This document shows, one piece after another, positions 35,552 through 38,328 of a stretch of DNA of 38,328 nucleotides (position 1 is its first letter; the number at the start of each line of letters is the position of its first letter). Below the pieces are notes generated by a model. That model was not told the DNA's origin, did not search any database, and saw nothing but the letters and a program-made list of their open reading frames with translations. A program made the translations under genes and the position numbers. This stretch comes from Gemmatimonadota bacterium. GTDB lineage: Bacteria > Gemmatimonadota > Gemmatimonadetes > Gemmatimonadales > GWC2-71-9. The DNA lies in contig JBDHAB010000030.1 in the NCBI GenBank assembly GCA_039588295.1, positions 1-38,328 of the forward strand, read 5' to 3'.

Positions 35552-35731
35552 GAGACGCATCCCCTCCACCTCCCTTGATACCGTTCATCCGGGCCGCCGA
35601 CAAGGGGGCCGCCCGTCCCCGCGGCGGTGGTGGGCGGCGTCGCTGGGGTCCCGGGTGCTCGGCGAGCCGCCGTTATGTGCGCTCGATCACGGCCCGACGG
35701 GCGTAAGGCCTTATCCTGACGATACTTCGGC

Positions 35732-35760
35732 TTGACAGTGCGAACCGAACTCCCCATCCT
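35732..35760 (+). promoter_or_regulatory. Putative sigma70 promoter
   Basis: TTGACA, 17-bp spacer, weak -10 CATCCT; ends 33 bp before the lipoprotein start. Confidence 0.4.
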
Positions 35761-35793
35761 TCGCGGGAATTCCACCCCCCGCCCGAGGCAGTC

Positions 35794-37368
35794 ATGCTGC
35801 GCTTCATTCGACCGCTCGCGCTTGGGCTCGCCGCGGTGTCAGTCGGCGTGTTCGGCTGCATCCTCCCGACGGACCGCTCCGGCGAGCTGCAGGTAGTCGC
35901 GGACGCCCTTCCCGCGCTCATCGTCAAGGACACGGTCCAGCTCACCGCGCGACTCATCGATCTCCAGAACGGCGGGGCCGATGTACCCAACGCGGAGTTG
36001 CGGTTCTCGTCCAGCGACTCGACGATCGTGCTCGTCAGTCCTGAGGGTCAATTGGTGGCGATCGGCGCCGGTACGGCAACGGTCGCCGCGAACGCGATCA
36101 GCTTCGACGACGCGGACCCGGCGATTCTTCAGGCGGACGTGCGGGCACTGCTCGAACTCGACAGCATCGTCCCGCTCACCACGGAGTTCGGGTCGCTGCT
36201 GTTCCTGTTTGGGGTGGGGTTGAATGAGGAACTCATCTTTTCGGTCGAATTGGGTGGAGAGGATGCACCGGTGTTGGGCTACATCCCTGACCCGCTCGAT
36301 CCACGGTTCGGCGCATTGGCGGTATGGGCGAAGCCGCCGGCGCCACGGAGCTCCAGCGTCTCGATTCTCGGGAAGAACGGTGGGCTGGTCGCGCCGCGGC
36401 TGATTGAGGTCGCTCAGCGGGACGTGTACGAGCCCAACGACACGGCACCCCGCCGCCTTGGCCCCCTCAACATCGGCGTCTTCAACCCGGCGCTGGCGTT
36501 CGAGTCGCTCGGGCGGGAAGAACAGCGCGCTCCGACGGATTGGTACACCTTTACGAACACTGCGGCACGGGACCGCACCATCATTGTGGGTGGGCAGGGT
36601 CTGGGAGCGGGGACGTTTGCGGTGTTCTTGACCGACTCGCTGCTTCCCTTCGGTCTGACGGACGATTTCCTGCTCGCGCCGGACGCGTGGACCATCGGAC
36701 CCTCGAGCCACGTCTGCGGCGGCATCGATCCGGGACTCGAGGAGTTGGATTTTCCGCTCGCCGCCGTCGCGCTCAAGGACCTTGCTCCCGGCACCTACCA
36801 TGTGCTCGTTGCGTACACTCCGGAGGCGGACCCCAGGGCGTACACGTTGTTCATCGCCAACGAGTATGCCTCGACGCTCCCCCCGGATGCGGCCGAAGAG
36901 AATGACTTCTGCAATGTGGCCACGCCAATCCCCGGCAACGCGACGAGGAACCTCACCATCGACAACCCGCACGACACCGACTGGTTCCGGTTCACGATTC
37001 CGGCCGGCGGACAGACCGTCACCTTCCGTGCGACGGCCCAGGACTCGACGGCCGACCTCGATCTCTATATTCTGGGTGATTTCCGCCCGGATTCGCTGCC
37101 GTCCGTCAGCGAGGCACTGACGGTGGGGGACGTAGAGGCGATCACGGCGGCGCTCCCGGCCGGTGACTACTTCCTCGTGGTGGTGGATTTCTTCGGTGTG
37201 CCGACCGACTACACGCTGAACGCCACCTTTGCCGCACCTCCGGCAGGTGTCATCGAGCAGATGCCACGTTCTAGCGCCGCCGAACGCGAAACGGCCCTGC
37301 GGGGGAAACGCGTGGGTGCCCAATCACAGACCGCACGACCGACCGTCAGACCGCGAACGAGGCGTTAG
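35794..37368 (+). CDS. Lipoprotein with Ig-like (Big_2-like) and pre-peptidase C-terminal (PPC)-like domains
   Basis: Lipobox VFGC; FSSSDSTIVLVSPEGQLVAIGAGTATV; two acidic motif sets DVYEPND..DWYTF and DAAEEND..DTDWFRF; ADLDLYI..GDYFLVV. Confidence 0.75.
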   Translation: MLRFIRPLALGLAAVSVGVFGCILPTDRSGELQVVADALPALIVKDTVQLTARLIDLQNGGADVPNAELRFSSSDSTIVLVSPEGQLVAIGAGTATVAANAISFDDADPAILQADVRALLELDSIVPLTTEFGSLLFLFGVGLNEELIFSVELGGEDAPVLGYIPDPLDPRFGALAVWAKPPAPRSSSVSILGKNGGLVAPRLIEVAQRDVYEPNDTAPRRLGPLNIGVFNPALAFESLGREEQRAPTDWYTFTNTAARDRTIIVGGQGLGAGTFAVFLTDSLLPFGLTDDFLLAPDAWTIGPSSHVCGGIDPGLEELDFPLAAVALKDLAPGTYHVLVAYTPEADPRAYTLFIANEYASTLPPDAAEENDFCNVATPIPGNATRNLTIDNPHDTDWFRFTIPAGGQTVTFRATAQDSTADLDLYILGDFRPDSLPSVSEALTVGDVEAITAALPAGDYFLVVVDFFGVPTDYTLNATFAAPPAGVIEQMPRSSAAERETALRGKRVGAQSQTARPTVRPRTRR

Positions 37369-37374
37369 CGACTG

Positions 37375-38328
37375 GTGATCTGCGTTCACTGCGACAGCCC
37401 GGTTCCCGACGGGAGTAAGTTCTGCTCCGAGTGCGGAGCGGACCCCTCGGATCCCGGGTCGTCGCAACGGACACAAGCGACGACCAGCAAGAAGGATCTG
37501 CTCACGCGTCTGCAGGAGGCCGTGCACGAGCGGTATGCGCTAAAGGAGCTCCTGGGGCGCGGTGGGATGGGCGCCGTGTTCCTCGCCGACGACCGCAAAC
37601 TCGAGCGTCCGGTGGCCATCAAGGTGCTCCCGCCCGAGTTGATTCAGGACGAGAGCTTCGTGGGGCGTTTCGAACGTGAGGCCCGCACGGCGGCAAAGCT
37701 CGACCACCCGGGTATCATCCCGATTTACTCGGTCGAGGCGGCGGACGATCTCCACTTCTTCGTGATGAAGTACGTCACGGGGCAGAGCCTCGACGCAATC
37801 CTCCGCTCGGGTCCAATGCCGATCGATCTGGTGCAGCGGATTTTGTGGGAGGCGGCCGTAGCGCTTGGCCACGCCCATACTCGCGGCGTGGTGCACCGCG
37901 ACGTGAAGCCCGCGAACATCATGATCGATGACTCCGGGCGCACCGTGCTGACGGACTTCGGCATTTCCAAGGCGAAATCGGCGGCGACGCAGTTCACCGC
38001 CACCGGCCAGGTGATCGGGACGCCGCATTACATGAGTCCCGAGCAGACGAAGGGACGCGAGGTCGACGGCCGCTCGGATCAATACTCGCTCGCCATCGTG
38101 GGCTACCGCATGCTCACGGGCCGGCTGCCGTTTGCAGATGATTCGGTGCACACGATCATCTACAAACATGTGTTCGAAGATCCGGATCCCGTGGAGCAGG
38201 ATCGTCCCGACTGCCCGCCGTTCCTGGCAACGGCCATCCGGCGTGCGCTGGCCAAGAATCCCGATGATCGCTTTTCCACGATGGAGGCCTTCGCCTCGGC
38301 CGTCTGGCCGGAGAACCCGGTGACGGCG
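37375..38328 (+). CDS. Hanks-type Ser/Thr protein kinase with N-terminal zinc ribbon (3' end runs off window)
   Basis: Absent from the ORF track. Manual translation from GTG 37375: MICVHC..FCSECG..LGRGGMGAVF..VAIKVL..RFEREAR..HRDVKPANIM..TDFGISK..GTPHYMSPEQ..SDQYS. Confidence 0.92.
   Translation, partial: MICVHCDSPVPDGSKFCSECGADPSDPGSSQRTQATTSKKDLLTRLQEAVHERYALKELLGRGGMGAVFLADDRKLERPVAIKVLPPELIQDESFVGRFEREARTAAKLDHPGIIPIYSVEAADDLHFFVMKYVTGQSLDAILRSGPMPIDLVQRILWEAAVALGHAHTRGVVHRDVKPANIMIDDSGRTVLTDFGISKAKSAATQFTATGQVIGTPHYMSPEQTKGREVDGRSDQYSLAIVGYRMLTGRLPFADDSVHTIIYKHVFEDPDPVEQDRPDCPPFLATAIRRALAKNPDDRFSTMEAFASAVWPENPVTA

Noticed and set aside
35839..37323. 494-aa minus-strand ORF
   Set aside because: Antisense shadow of the lipoprotein gene; no recognisable motifs.

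Overview
GC-rich bacterial chromosomal segment, Gemmatimonadota-like by gene content (an impression, not computed). It carries about 25 protein genes and two tRNAs (Leu-GAG, Thr-CGT); no CRISPR array, transposase or integrase was seen. The left part is rich in signal-peptide-bearing hydrolases (two amidohydrolases, S9 and M28 peptidases, a BNR/VPS10 beta-propeller protein) plus egtD, a NifU-domain protein and an ATP-grasp ligase. The centre and right hold an acyl-CoA cluster (ADP-forming acyl-CoA ligase, eukaryote-type citrate synthase, AMP-forming Acs-like enzyme), an M14 peptidase, an aldo/keto reductase, TerC, an aminotransferase, a lipoprotein and a partial Ser/Thr kinase. Best candidate for an undescribed system: a putative operon of the uncharacterised TIGR03546/TIGR03545 envelope pair and a 1588-aa protein joining an acyl-CoA-synthetase domain, a helical region, an apparent pseudokinase and a C-terminal GNAT. 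Also notable: 7-bp-periodic, often inverted intergenic arrays at seven loci, a candidate ~170-nt structured ncRNA, a KamA-family radical SAM enzyme lacking the lysine-binding aspartates, and a small (D/E)RR-repeat protein. All calls rest on motif recognition by eye; no searches were run.
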